From: Lingula anatina
Lineage: Eukaryota; Animalia; Brachiopoda
DNA length: 64,000 nucleotides
NCBI GenBank assembly: GCA_051362555.1
Contig: CM120649.1
Span: forward strand, 1,798,001-1,862,000
Reading direction: 5' to 3'
Below the pieces are notes generated by a model, which saw only the letters and a list, made by a program, of their open reading frames with translations, did no database searches and was not told where the DNA came from. Of the stretch, positions 23,657 to 35,677 are shown one piece after another. Both the position numbers and the translations under genes were made by a program. Position 1 is the first letter of the stretch; each line of letters begins with the position of its first letter.

Positions 23657-26600
23657 ATGATGGGATTGTTGTTCCGCCCGAGCCTTGTTCTGGCCTTGAT
23701 GGCGTGCGTCTTCCTCAGTCAAACTCAGCTGAGTCAAACTGGTAAGTGTGTAGAGGCCAACTCGACATCCAAGTTAATGTACATTAGCATGTTTGCAATT
23801 CTGAGATCCGATATCAAATTTTGTTTCAGCATTTTGGTCTCAACATTATTTTCAATTCTTTTTTTTCATTCTTTTCAATTATATGCCTGTTTTTTATGGA
23901 TCTTTTTAATTCTAAGTCATTCCCACTTGTCTAGCTGCGGCATATGCAACTCTCGTAGTTAGCATTCACAATAACCAGCACTATCATATGACCAGGTCCT
24001 TTCCTTACTTCAACCTCAATATGCTGAGTGCTAAGTAAGCATGCAGCAGCTACTATATTAATGGTCTTTGGTATGGCCAGGCCATAAGGATCAAACTCAT
24101 GACTTCCTGCACCAGACTTGATCACTCACTGTGGATTCTTTATATATAATTTAGGCATGGTCCAGGGGTACAAGCCAGGGCGTAGTGAAAACGATATGAT
24201 ACGCATGATCTTCCTATTGAAATTGTATGAATTTCAAAAATTCAATTAAACTTTATATTGTAAACTGATAAAACGTGACTGACATTTTTAAATTGCCTTG
24301 CAACACCTATTTTCAGACGTATGCGAGGAGGACAGTTGCTATAATGGTGGGTATTGCAAAGAGAGTCCTGGCGATCCGTCTGGCTTCCGGTGCAATTGCT
24401 TTCGGTATTTAGGAAAGAGATGCGAATTTTGTAAGCAGTATCTTTGTTACACTTACTGTCGTCCTTTGTGGATAACAGGACATAGTTATGTACGGTAAAA
24501 TGTAAGAAAACATGTTTAATATCGCAACTATTGATACCAGCTGATATGCTTTATTTAATACATTTTATTATTCATCAGTTATTTATTTATTTATTTTTAG
24601 TTCTTGCTGCAGAATGAACAGTATGTCATTTTCGTTTGATGATGTGGGGTGGCCCATTGTTAACACACTATTCACAACATACACATCATCATCAACATCT
24701 TATTCCAAAGATAAAAGAAAAAGGCTGAAAAAAATACCAAAAAAGTGTCTGGTGGAAATTGTGTACAAAATGAATTCTATAGATATCAGTTGTAAACCTG
24801 CCTTAGTAAATGCTCAAATTATAAGAATTGAAATATCTCAGCTGAAAGAGCATGAGAAGCATTTTATAACCCTTCTATATCCTCATTTCAGCCCCGTGCT
24901 TCTTCAATTACTGCAGGAATGGCGCAACGTGTGCAGTTCATAGTACAACTTTAGATTCGCTGTGCATTTGTCCCGAGGGTTATTACGGAGCAACGTGCGG
25001 ATTAGGTAAGCACTACCTATCCAATACTGCATACTGTACATTATGTATCTCAGTATTGAAATAAAACAGCTAATAACTATCGAGTTGTGAAGCATGCAGC
25101 AAAAGAACTTACAAAGCAGATTTGCTAGCGCAAAAAATTGATGTCAGGAAATGATAACAGGTGCCAGTAAAAGTAACACCTTTAGACTGATATTAAGTCA
25201 AATGGCAATATATCTCTCTATATAAACTACACTACCATATTCAAACGATTAGGTGGAACACATTAAAACAAGTCCTTTGGCTATGGATATCTGTTTGTTA
25301 ATTATAATTCAACTAACATATTCTGGACCCGATTTTATCAAGGATGGATAGCGTTATCCTATGGATAAGATGTCTGGTACATGTATGCTCTGGATAGCGC
25401 TATGAATAGGATAACGAGTTTTATCAACATTGGATAGCGTTATCAGAACAGGTGTTTGCCATTAGTCTATTGATATTCTAACATTATTTATCAAATGGAC
25501 ACATTGTTATGAAAATGATCCGTGCAATCTCCACGAGAGACAAATTATCTTTTATTTTACTAAAAACGTTCCTTCTAAAACGACGAAAAACATCTGCATT
25601 GCTACTGATAGAATGTGCCAAACGTGCCAAGGCAGCCATTTTGTTTTAGCGACTTTGTTCTTCCACTGCAAATTATAAATACGAGGCACATCTAATCCAA
25701 TGGGGTCTGTTTTGAAAGTGTCAGTTTTAGAATATCGTGTAGATATTACTCCCATTATTTTAATGAATGTACCATCTTGAAATATATATTTTTTGTGGGT
25801 AATTTATTTTCCAGATATGGTATCACTTTTTAGCAACAATAATGACTTTTACCATGTTTATAGCAACCAGTTGCATTATGGGAATACTTTTCCAAATTTG
25901 GTATTGGGTAAATTTCCACAGGATTACTATAATGCAAAAGAGATTTTTTCCATGGGTATTGTTATCCATAGGATAGTGCAATCCAGTGTTGATGAAACCG
26001 GGCCCAGGTGATTAAGTGGAACTTATGAAAACATAAAATAACGGCCATTAAGGTGGTCTAATTTTTTCAAGTATTCAGTAGCAGGCAAGTGCCAACGTAC
26101 ATTTATTTATTTATTTTGTTTTGTTTTCAGCAAAATGTGGGGAAAACGCCCACTGCGCTAACAAGCTGCATAACCGTCCATTGCCTGAGAACAATGGCAA
26201 GTGCAATCCAACATATAACCAACATTGTGTTTGCAACGAGGGTTACAGTGGGGACGGGTTCAACTGCATTGGTAGGTCTTACGCCTCTTTCAGAACAGTG
26301 GACAGTCCTTGGGTCAAATATGGCCAATTCACTTGAATACTTCGACCTAATCTATTTAGTGTCTTTTAGTGGATTAGACGGTCCTACCCCAAACTGTATT
26401 CAGAATGAGGTAAAAAAAAACAGACATGGCCGAATTAAAGAGTTTAAGCAAAAGATAACATACGGCACTCTAGCCAGATGTAATATAGAACATGTCCTTT
26501 GGCTGTACTATAATGCAACAAGCATGTTCAGGTGATTAGGTGGAACTTGAGAAAACTCGCCATAAAACAATGCCAATCAAGGTGGTTTAAAAATCTTCGG

Positions 26601-27458
26601 GAATTCAGTCGCAGGCGAGTGCCAACGAACATATTTTTTTTTTAATTTGTTTTCAGTACAATGCGGGAAAAACGCCCACTGTGCTAACAAGCTGCATAAT
26701 GGTCCATTGTCTGAGAACAATGGCAAGTGCGATCCAGTAGATAGCCAACATTGTGTTTGCAACGAGGGTTACAGTGGGGACGGATTTAACTGCACTAGTA
26801 AGTATTATAGAATATTTGGGTTACTGAATAGTTCTGTTTTTTTTTTTTCTAAGCTTTCTATTGTAAGACAGGACAAAGTTTGGGATACTTACGGAGACAG
26901 AACAACGGCATTTTCTTTATAGAAAATAATGAAACACGTGTTTTGTTACATGATAATGTTAATTTCTGTTTTTGACGCAATTTGCCTGTCATCATTACTT
27001 CACTCATTGATAGCTAGGCGGCACCGAAAATTAACACTAAAGACCGTTGCAAGGACCATATAAATTGGTGGTTGAAATAAAAAATAATATTTATATAAAT
27101 GATATCTTTTGTAATTAAACGTCAGATAATGTCTCTAATAAGGGGATCTAATCACACATTTGGGCAAGGGGCAGTATGTGTTACATTAAGATATGTACTA
27201 ATATATACGACGTTATTGGAAATCTGCATGTTCATACGTATTTATTATTTTGCGTTGTTAAGCATTTGATATGCATGACAATATCTTAAAGTATTTAAAA
27301 CATTGAAAGTTCCGAGGGGCTTTAAAATTTTAGTAAAAATGAAAACACTGAAGAATTTTGTTTGTATATTACTGAACGCACCAACATGTGCTCTAATGAA
27401 AAACAGGGTCAAGGTGTTCATAATATAAATTTCTTTTATTTCAGAATCGACGAAATAA
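23657..27458 (+). CDS. Copy 3: secreted protein SP-A-B-C-C, 202 aa predicted (exons 23657-23741, 24317-24430, 24892-25005, 26131-26271, 26657-26797, 27445-27458)
   Basis: MMGLLFRPSLVLALMACVFLSQTQLSQT; A DVCEEDSCYNGGYCKESPGDPSGFRCNCFRYLGKRCEF; B PCFFNYCRNGATCAVHSTTLDSLCICPEGYYGATCGL; two 141-nt C exons; stop exon KSTK*. Canonical AG/GT throughout, no internal stops. Confidence 0.85.
25327..26004. mobile_element. Element X, uninterrupted copy in the B-C intron of copy 3
   Basis: TIRs ctggacccgattttatcaaggatggatagc / tatccataggatagtgcaatccagtgttgatgaaaccgggcccag; same intron site as in copy 1. Confidence 0.7.
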
Positions 27459-28609
27459 ACAACCAGAAAATGAAATAAGAAAATTATGCAAGAGAGGATA
27501 CACAGTTATTAGATCAATTTCAAAACCAAATGTGTAATAAATATTCATTTAAAGATTCATTGAGAATCATATCTGAATGAAGCATATCAATTGAAAATAA
27601 AATATTTTGGGCAATGCATTTGGTTTCCTTTAGTACTGTACAATTGTCACATTTCATTTGTTTTGCTATTTGTGATTGTAAACATACGAACAGAAATGGA
27701 CATTGACAACGCACTACAGTTGTTGGATTATTTTTCATGTTTGTAATATTTCAATAACAAATGCCACATTGCCTCACTCTTGCATTGGTCACCACAGACT
27801 CATAACCAGCTGCAATAAGAGGTCTATTTTATGGGTATCAGAACATGCTTCGTCAAAGAGCAATTGCAGGGAATTGACTACTTTATTGTAGTTCTAGCCA
27901 GTTTCTGTGTCAGGAAAAACATTTTTGCATGTTGGGGACATGTCTAACGAGGTCTACATAGCAGACATATAGCAGACAGTGCATCTAGCCGAGTTATTAT
28001 GTCAAATCATTCTACAAATTTATAACATTGGTAATGTCGCTCCGTTCCATCAGGGAAACAGCGATATCTGTGTGAAATAGCAGCATTCACCGCTAAAATT
28101 TCTAGATGAATATTTTTTTATTGTAAGCAGGACGTTTTTATATGACATACATGTATTTGCTTTTTCTTAACAGTCAAAACTGCGCTACGAAAGCTTTACC
28201 TTAAATGATGCATCATTCAACTTACGTATTTGTTAAACTGTTTCGGTATGCTTTGAGATACTTACCATTTTACCTAGTCGATTAACATAGTGAGTCACCT
28301 TACCAAAATGAATTTAAATAAAACTTAGACGTTACGGGCTGAATAAAAGTCCCATTTGCAACTGGAAAGCACATCAACCAAAAATTATTTTTGGACATTT
28401 TTCTCAATTCTCAAGATAGAAAACCATGTCTTCGTTCTGACGATTAGTGTCTTTTGTTACGGCATCTGTCGATACTGTAATTTTGTCATTGATCAAATGT
28501 AATGGGTAAACATATCGTTTTGATTTGGTTCGTGGAAAGACATGGTCGCCAAACAGTATGGTAAATCAGAGGTCGCAAAAAAACATTGCCTTCCATTAGT
28601 CATACACCG

Positions 28610-31600
28610 AAATGTACAGAAGAGGTCAGCAGAACACGGGGGATAACACAAACACAATGAATGTGTGGACTGGAAAGCATGTTAGCAATCATCCAGGGAT
28701 TTTTAACGGCCAACCACACCCAAACCCAGGGTTAGTTACCGCTCAAATGGGCCAACCTGTATATACTGTAAATAGCGTTCCAATTTTTAGGCCCAGAGTT
28801 CCTTCACCGCAGCTTTCAAGTACTCCAAGATAGGATCTAGTGGAGGGGAAAGTAACTAGGAAAGAAAATGCTTCAACTTTAAAATTGTCTGTAACCATCT
28901 ATACTCTTGACAGGCACAACCCTGTGGTTGAAATCTTTGTTGCTTATCTGTGGTTGCTTAAGATCAAACCGAGTATCACTGGTTTGAGAGATGGTATATT
29001 GATGTTCATAGTGTACATATATGTAACACATGAAGGTTCAAATTCTCGTAGGCATTATAATTGCGATCTTTATTGTGAGTTAGGAGGAAGTGTTTTGAAT
29101 CATTTTCAACTGATCACAACTGACATAGTCGGCAATTTGCCTAGTAGACTTGTTAACTCGATTTATTCTTATAGTCAAATTTCTACTAGTATAGCAAAAT
29201 GCAAAATGGAGCCAAATTACGTTATATCCTTATTTTCATTATCTTCTTTATCTCCAACACCCGTAACTTGCTGCTGGTTACCTCTGGTGACTATTATACT
29301 TCTACTGCTCTTAATTTCAGGGGAAGTCTACCCAAGCCCCGGTGACTCTCAGTCTTGGAAAGTGGAAACAATTTTAGTGTCTGCTACTTTTAATAACAGT
29401 ACAAATTATCTCAATATATACAACCGAAATAATGTGCTAAACAATAGATTGGCCAAAAGTATGTCTTTTCTTACCGGTACCTTTTTTCCATCCTCTCTGT
29501 TTATCTTACCAATAACTCCTGGTCTGCCCTATAAAATTAATTTATGTCTATTGCTCTTAATTTCAGGTGATATCCACCCAAATCCAGGCCCACATAAACG
29601 TCTGCAAAATCGGGTTGAGGAAGTCAATTTTTTGTTTTCAAACATCAGAAGCATCAGTGCGGAAAATGGTGCAAGATTTGAGGCCTTAATGATCCGAGCC
29701 AAACTCCTAAAAGCGTCAATCATCGGCTTATGTGAGGTGGGAAAGTTATCTTCTTATCAGTTAAACACTGTCTACAACATCGAGGGTTACCATTCTCCCA
29801 TCTACTACAACATTGGCCAAGGCTTATTAATCTATGTCAGCTCGAAAATAGTTTACAAAGAATGTCCTCAGTTAAAGAGTAACGATCTCAACTGCATTTG
29901 GATTGAATTTCAGTTACAGTTTAAGCGGTTTTTATATGGCATCTTCTATAGGTCGCCTAGTCAAACATCAACCGAAAGAGACAAGTTTGTGAACTTATGT
30001 AAAATGAGTCTCGAAAAAGCATGCCAACTAAATTCAAACGGTATTTTTATTAATGGAGACTTTAATGCTCACTCTCTTAGTTGGTTCAGAAAAGGTAAGG
30101 AAGACCTCACGGGTAAGCTTTTGAGCAGTTTGTTTCTAGAAAAAGGCTTCGATCAACTGATCCACGAGCCTACCAGGATACAAGGAAAATCCGCTTCTTG
30201 TATCGATTTGACTCTGACAAACAGACCCGACTTAATTAACAGTGCCTTCGTTGACCCGCCCATTGGCCAAACGGATCATAGTACCCTCGTTACTGAACTT
30301 TGTATTACTCAACCCAAACACGATCCTGTATATAGAACAATATGGAAGTACGATCAGGCTAATTTGGTGGCTTTAGACAAAGACATAAGCGAATATGACT
30401 GGGAAACTCTATTTTTAAAAAATAATTATGATATGAACGAAAAAACTGAAGTTTTTACTGATTCTTTACTCTCTTTTTACAAACGCCATATACCCCATAA
30501 AAGGAGGCTGATCAGGTCAAATGACAAGCCATGGTTTAATGACCAAATCAAGCATGAGTTAAATAAGAAAAAGAAACTATATAAAAAAATGAGGATTAAA
30601 CCTTCAGAAAGGAATGAAAATAATTACAAAAATCAGGCGATAAAAGTTAAAGAATTAATAATTAAAACAAAAGAATCATTCCTTAATTCTAAAATAGAGA
30701 GCCTCGACAATAAAGGTGATGATAGTAAATCATACTGGACCGTAATGAAAAATATTCTTGGGAAACAGCGATCGTCTTCTATTCCTATTCTCAATAACCC
30801 GAGAAATGGATCTGTCGCTTCTACTGATCAAGAAAAGGCTGATGAATTTCTGTCCTATTTCTCATCAATGTACCACTCGGACTCTGTAGCAAATGTTGGC
30901 GAAATTCTCTTTCCTGTAAGAACTGATGCTTCCCTATCTCAGATACAATCCACTATTAGTGAAATTAAATCGATAATTGATGATTTAGACCCATCTAAAG
31001 CTAACGGCCCTGACCTGATTACCGTCAAGATGATAAAACTTACCAAAAACTCCGTGGTGAAGCCCCTAAATATTCTGTTCAACGCAATTATACAGTCTAA
31101 CACCTTCCCCAACATCTGGAAAATTGCCGAAATTTGCCCAATCTTTAAAAAAGATGATAAAAAATATATTTTAAACTATAGACCAATTTCTTTACTTAGT
31201 ATTATATCTAAGATTTTAGAGCGAATAATATATAATAGAGTGATTAACTTTATTCTGAACAACAAACTCCTATACCCTAAACAATCCGGCTTTTTGAAGG
31301 GTCATAGCACAGAGCACCAGCTCTTGGCGATTCATAATTTAATTACGAGTAATTCTATTAATGGTTATGACACCAGAGGAGTCTTTCTCGATATAGAGGC
31401 TGCTTTCGACAGAGTTCCCCATTCACTCCTTCTCCTTAAACTCAAGTCTTACGGTCTAACCGGCAAACTTCATGCACTATTGTCATCGTACTTGACTAAT
31501 AGAAGAGTTAAAGTACGTGTTGGTGGGAAATCGTCTAATTTATCTAAGGGAGGTTACATAAATACAAGTGTACCCCAAGGTAGCATACTTGGCCCATTAC

Positions 31601-33065
31601 TTTTTCTCATATATATAAATGACCTCCCTGACGGACTCTCTACTGATTGTTTCATCTATGCGGATGATACTTCCCTCTTTATGCCCTCGCGTCGGGGAGA
31701 TGTTGATTCACATGCTATATTACAAGGTGACCTACGTACCATTGAAAATTGGTCCAATAAATGGAAACTCAATTTTAAACCGGCAAAGTGCCGCGAAATT
31801 ATATTCGGCAAAGAAAATGATAATAGTACATACCCTGAATTGTATATAAACAATACCATGATACCTAGGACAAAGAGCCACAAACACCTGGGACTAGTAC
31901 TTGATTCAAAACTAAATTTTAATGATCATACTGATTATGTTTGCGAAAAGGTTCAACGGGCCGTAAATGCACTAAAACCTCTATACTGCAAAGTTAGGTC
32001 CAAACATTTAAATGTTATATATAATGCCTTTATCCAATCACAATTTGATTACTGTGACATCTTCTATCATAACTCACTCCAGAAGAAATTATCGAAACTA
32101 TCGTCTCTTCAATACCAAGCCGGCAAAATAGTACTGGGAGCCTTACCTAGCTCTTGTACCTCCAAAATATTTGAACAACTAAATTGGATTTCTCTATTTG
32201 ATAGAAGAAAAATGCATGCTCAAAAAATTATGTTTTCAGTCATGGCGAATTTGGTCCCCTCCTATGTTTCTGATATATTCCGCCCATTCAGAAACCCTTT
32301 TCCAATCATAACCCGAGAAAATAACAAAAGAGACTTTAAACTTCCTCCTAAATACCCCCGTACCTCAGTTAACTATTTTCTGATGTCTTCATGGGATCAA
32401 CTCTCCTCCTCCACTAAATCTTTACCTTCAATCTCATCTTTCAAGAACTCGATAAAAAAACACCTCACTGCTGGGTCGCTTTCAACAACAACACTAAACT
32501 TGAACAGAAATCATGAAAAAATTCTTAACAGAGCGAGGGTCGGTTGTTTATTTAGAGCAGAATTGTTTAGGCATAACTGGACTACTATTGATACACCACA
32601 CTGCACCTGTGGTGCCCTTGAAACCCCTCTTCACTTTTTCTTCAGATGCCCTTTACTCAATTCAAAGTACCCTCCCCTTTACCAAAAAATAAATGAAACT
32701 CTACATGCAAGCAAGACCTCTTTCAAAACACAAAAAGAAAAGCTGTCGTTATTTCTCTACGGTCATAAATCCTTATCACCCACCCAAAATGAAATTATCT
32801 TCGACACTGTTGCAAATTTTCTTCTCGTAAACTTTGTTATCACTTAATAGGTATTATCTCTTTTCCTCTTCTTTCTTTCTGTACTTAACTTGTGCTCCTG
32901 ATATATATATGAAGTTTTATATTTACTCTGTTGTATATATGTATATACCTATCCATTTGTTTTATTTATTTATTTACTTATTTAATTTAATTTTGTGGAG
33001 AGCATATAATGCTTCCAGCGCCTTGCCTCCACTTCATTCTTTTGAATAAACGTTGTTTAAAAAAA
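28610..33065 (+). mobile_element. 5'-truncated CR1/L2-group LINE with intact ORF2
   Basis: TSD ACACCG at 28604-28609 and 33066-33071; 3' AATAAA plus short A tail; probable ORF1 tail at 28612-28833; host intergenic repeat continues on both sides. Confidence 0.92.
28840..32847 (+). CDS. LINE ORF2: apurinic-like endonuclease plus reverse transcriptase (true start may be a downstream ATG)
   Basis: Uninterrupted 1335 codons. APE motifs NIRS, YRSP, GDFNA, CIDL, TDH; RT motifs KANGPD, NYRPISLL, QSGF, FLDIEAAFDRVPH, VPQGSILGPLLF, YADD (31657-31668), KHLG; C-terminal CTCG..ETPLHFFFRCP. Confidence 0.95.
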   Translation: MEGKVTRKENASTLKLSVTIYTLDRHNPVVEIFVAYLWLLKIKPSITGLRDGILMFIVYIYVTHEGSNSRRHYNCDLYCELGGSVLNHFQLITTDIVGNLPSRLVNSIYSYSQISTSIAKCKMEPNYVISLFSLSSLSPTPVTCCWLPLVTIILLLLLISGEVYPSPGDSQSWKVETILVSATFNNSTNYLNIYNRNNVLNNRLAKSMSFLTGTFFPSSLFILPITPGLPYKINLCLLLLISGDIHPNPGPHKRLQNRVEEVNFLFSNIRSISAENGARFEALMIRAKLLKASIIGLCEVGKLSSYQLNTVYNIEGYHSPIYYNIGQGLLIYVSSKIVYKECPQLKSNDLNCIWIEFQLQFKRFLYGIFYRSPSQTSTERDKFVNLCKMSLEKACQLNSNGIFINGDFNAHSLSWFRKGKEDLTGKLLSSLFLEKGFDQLIHEPTRIQGKSASCIDLTLTNRPDLINSAFVDPPIGQTDHSTLVTELCITQPKHDPVYRTIWKYDQANLVALDKDISEYDWETLFLKNNYDMNEKTEVFTDSLLSFYKRHIPHKRRLIRSNDKPWFNDQIKHELNKKKKLYKKMRIKPSERNENNYKNQAIKVKELIIKTKESFLNSKIESLDNKGDDSKSYWTVMKNILGKQRSSSIPILNNPRNGSVASTDQEKADEFLSYFSSMYHSDSVANVGEILFPVRTDASLSQIQSTISEIKSIIDDLDPSKANGPDLITVKMIKLTKNSVVKPLNILFNAIIQSNTFPNIWKIAEICPIFKKDDKKYILNYRPISLLSIISKILERIIYNRVINFILNNKLLYPKQSGFLKGHSTEHQLLAIHNLITSNSINGYDTRGVFLDIEAAFDRVPHSLLLLKLKSYGLTGKLHALLSSYLTNRRVKVRVGGKSSNLSKGGYINTSVPQGSILGPLLFLIYINDLPDGLSTDCFIYADDTSLFMPSRRGDVDSHAILQGDLRTIENWSNKWKLNFKPAKCREIIFGKENDNSTYPELYINNTMIPRTKSHKHLGLVLDSKLNFNDHTDYVCEKVQRAVNALKPLYCKVRSKHLNVIYNAFIQSQFDYCDIFYHNSLQKKLSKLSSLQYQAGKIVLGALPSSCTSKIFEQLNWISLFDRRKMHAQKIMFSVMANLVPSYVSDIFRPFRNPFPIITRENNKRDFKLPPKYPRTSVNYFLMSSWDQLSSSTKSLPSISSFKNSIKKHLTAGSLSTTTLNLNRNHEKILNRARVGCLFRAELFRHNWTTIDTPHCTCGALETPLHFFFRCPLLNSKYPPLYQKINETLHASKTSFKTQKEKLSLFLYGHKSLSPTQNEIIFDTVANFLLVNFVIT

Positions 33066-33289
33066 ACACCGGGAGAAATTACATATTACACAACGCGTCA
33101 TAGGGTTTCCATTATGTTTACCTCCGACGTCCTGTATCAAATGTTCCATATAGTCATATACTGGCTGAAAGTAACCGGATGATGCAAATAAAATAGCTCA
33201 CTGGCCTGAGAAGCATCTTTTTGTTTACATTTTGGGCTATTATTCCAACAATTTCTCACCCTCACCTAGCTCTTTAGGCATGCACATTG

Positions 33290-33303
33290 CACACACACAC
33301 ACG

Positions 33304-33359
<56 letters not shown>
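33290..33359. repeat. (CA)n(GA)n microsatellite (others at about 16715-16775, 21135-21200, 33665-33740, 34060-34150, 42740-42820, 54240-54304)
   Basis: Read directly. Confidence 0.9.
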
Positions 33360-33362
<3 letters not shown>

Positions 33363-33672
33363 CGATTTAATTTTTAAAAGTTTCATTTACTCAGACTTAA
33401 TCATGCCAGATGACAAAGTCCAAATTAGCATAATAAACAATACCATCGACAAGCATCGCTTTCCATATAGTCATATACTGGTAGTAATGTCATATCATCC
33501 AATGCGTCATACGGGTTTCCGTTATGTTTACTAGGACGTCCCGTACGTATCACAGCATCACTGAAATAAACTGGGTGATGCAAAAAAATCTCGCTGGTGT
33601 GAGAAGCCTACTAATTTTTGGGCTATAATTCCAACACTTTCTCGCCCTCACCTACCTGTTTAGGCACACACA

Positions 33673-33703
<31 letters not shown>

Positions 33704-34103
33704 AAAAGAGAGAGAGATGGAGAAGCGAGAGAGAGAGAGGAAAGCTAGACCGATGCCACGGATAGAAGGATTTATTTAAGTTTCATTTACTTGGACTAAA
33801 TCGTGTTTGGTGACAAAGGCCAAATTCGCATTCAGAATAAATAATGCGACTTAACAAGCATCGCTTATCATATAATCATATACTGTAAGCAATTTCATAT
33901 CATCCAAAGCGTCATACGGTTTTCCATTATTTTAAATACCGTCGTCCTGTATCAAAGAGGCACTGAAATAAAGTAGGTGATGCAAATTAAATAGTTCAAG
34001 GGTGTGAGAGACCTTTTTCGGTTGAATTTTTGTACAGTATGTTTTGGCTGTTATCCCATCACACGCACACGCACACACACACACACGCACACGCACACGC
34101 ACA

Positions 34104-34154
<51 letters not shown>

Positions 34155-34234
34155 CCAATAGAGTTGAGGTAGAAAGAGAGAGATGGGGGGAGAAAACTGG
34201 CAACTGGATAGCTGCCACTGAAAGAATAACACAG

Positions 34235-34272
<38 letters not shown>

Positions 34273-34434
34273 TTGCACAGGAAAAACTTTTACTTTCAAT
34301 ATATATATGATAAAAAAGTAATAAAGAACAGCAGTTATTTTGCCCAGACTTCGTTGCATCTTCAGGGGAATACCCCCTGCTCATGCAATGAAACAGGTCG
34401 TTGGAGCATCGATATTATAATAAGCACTTTCGTG

Positions 34435-34562
34435 ATTGGATGGCTTCTTGTGTGCCATGTTTTTCACGAGATACACTGATGTACCGGTTCTGACAGTATA
34501 TTATAACCAGTAGGTGGGGAGACATTTCATTTCCTTAACTGATTTCAACGAGGAAAAACGAG
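34435..34562 (+). promoter_or_regulatory. Promoter and non-coding exon 1 of copy 4
   Basis: ATTGG at 34435, TATATTATAA at 34497-34506, donor GAG|GTAAGT at 34562/34563; next acceptor ends at 35631. Confidence 0.6.
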
Positions 34563-35677
34563 GTAAGTTTTATGTTAACTGAGAAATATTTTGATCGGTG
34601 CAATTCCCATGCACACACACGGAATCCAACGGTCCTAAATCGTACTTCAATGATGTCATTATACATTTATCGCTACAGACTATCAAGCAAATAGATTTGA
34701 CTTTCTAATGGCGTGCTAATGAACGCTCGTCGATCCTGCAGGTATCTTCTCTGAGACAAATGGATTATACGCATTTCTGCTAAACGAAAAATGGCGGACA
34801 TTTACAGAACCTGCGATTGACTTGCAAAGTTGGTTTTTAACATTATTCGGATTTTTAAAAAACCTTAAAAGATGAGCACGATCGGGATTTGATGGGTTCT
34901 CATATTAGTAGTGGATTTATTATTTTTTTCCTGTAGCAGACGCAGGTCCACAGCACCAAAACCGCCTTTATTTCCTGTCACTGATGCTTGTTGCTATGGG
35001 CACAAGCAAAACCTGACTTTTGGCCATTTTTTTTAAAGCGGGAGAGGTGATTCCGAAAACTGGTAGATTTTGAAGCCTTATTTCTGAAATTTGAAACCAT
35101 GTACATAATTACAGACCAATTCTTAGAGAATTTAATCCCAGAAGTGGTGTTTTGCAAAACTTCAGATTCCTCATACTATAATCCATAATAATATTTGGTT
35201 CTTAATAACAATAACAACAAATCCTTTATCGTTTTAAGTGGCCAAGTTTAATTTTTCTTTTTTTGATAAGATGGTATTCTATATACAAAATATTATTCGC
35301 TTGAACATTTCCAGAAAAATAGGTTTCTGAAAAGCCCTGCAATCCCCTGGCAGACATAGACTTCTATCTTTTCTGTCACTGTTATCGACTGAATCCATCT
35401 TTTATTAGCTGCCATGTTGAATGAGTTGTTCCCCTAGCCAGCACACAAACCTGCTACCATGGTACTTTGGAGAGACTGTAAAAATGATGAATCACGCACA
35501 CGCACAGGCAACTGCGAAAGGGTTGACTCACCACAGAAAGTAAGCCCAATTTTGTTTAAAGATTGTCAAACATGTATGACGATGTTGGAATTTCACCATT
35601 TTGTTCTTCTGAATATCTTATTTTATTCCAGAATAGGAGTGCTATAAAAGAGTACTGTATCTAACATCAACCAACCA

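Noticed and set aside
22971-34384. Low-complexity ORFs (YIYIYI, ERERER, CVCVCV, HTHTHT)
   Set aside because: Translations of TA, GA and CA microsatellites.
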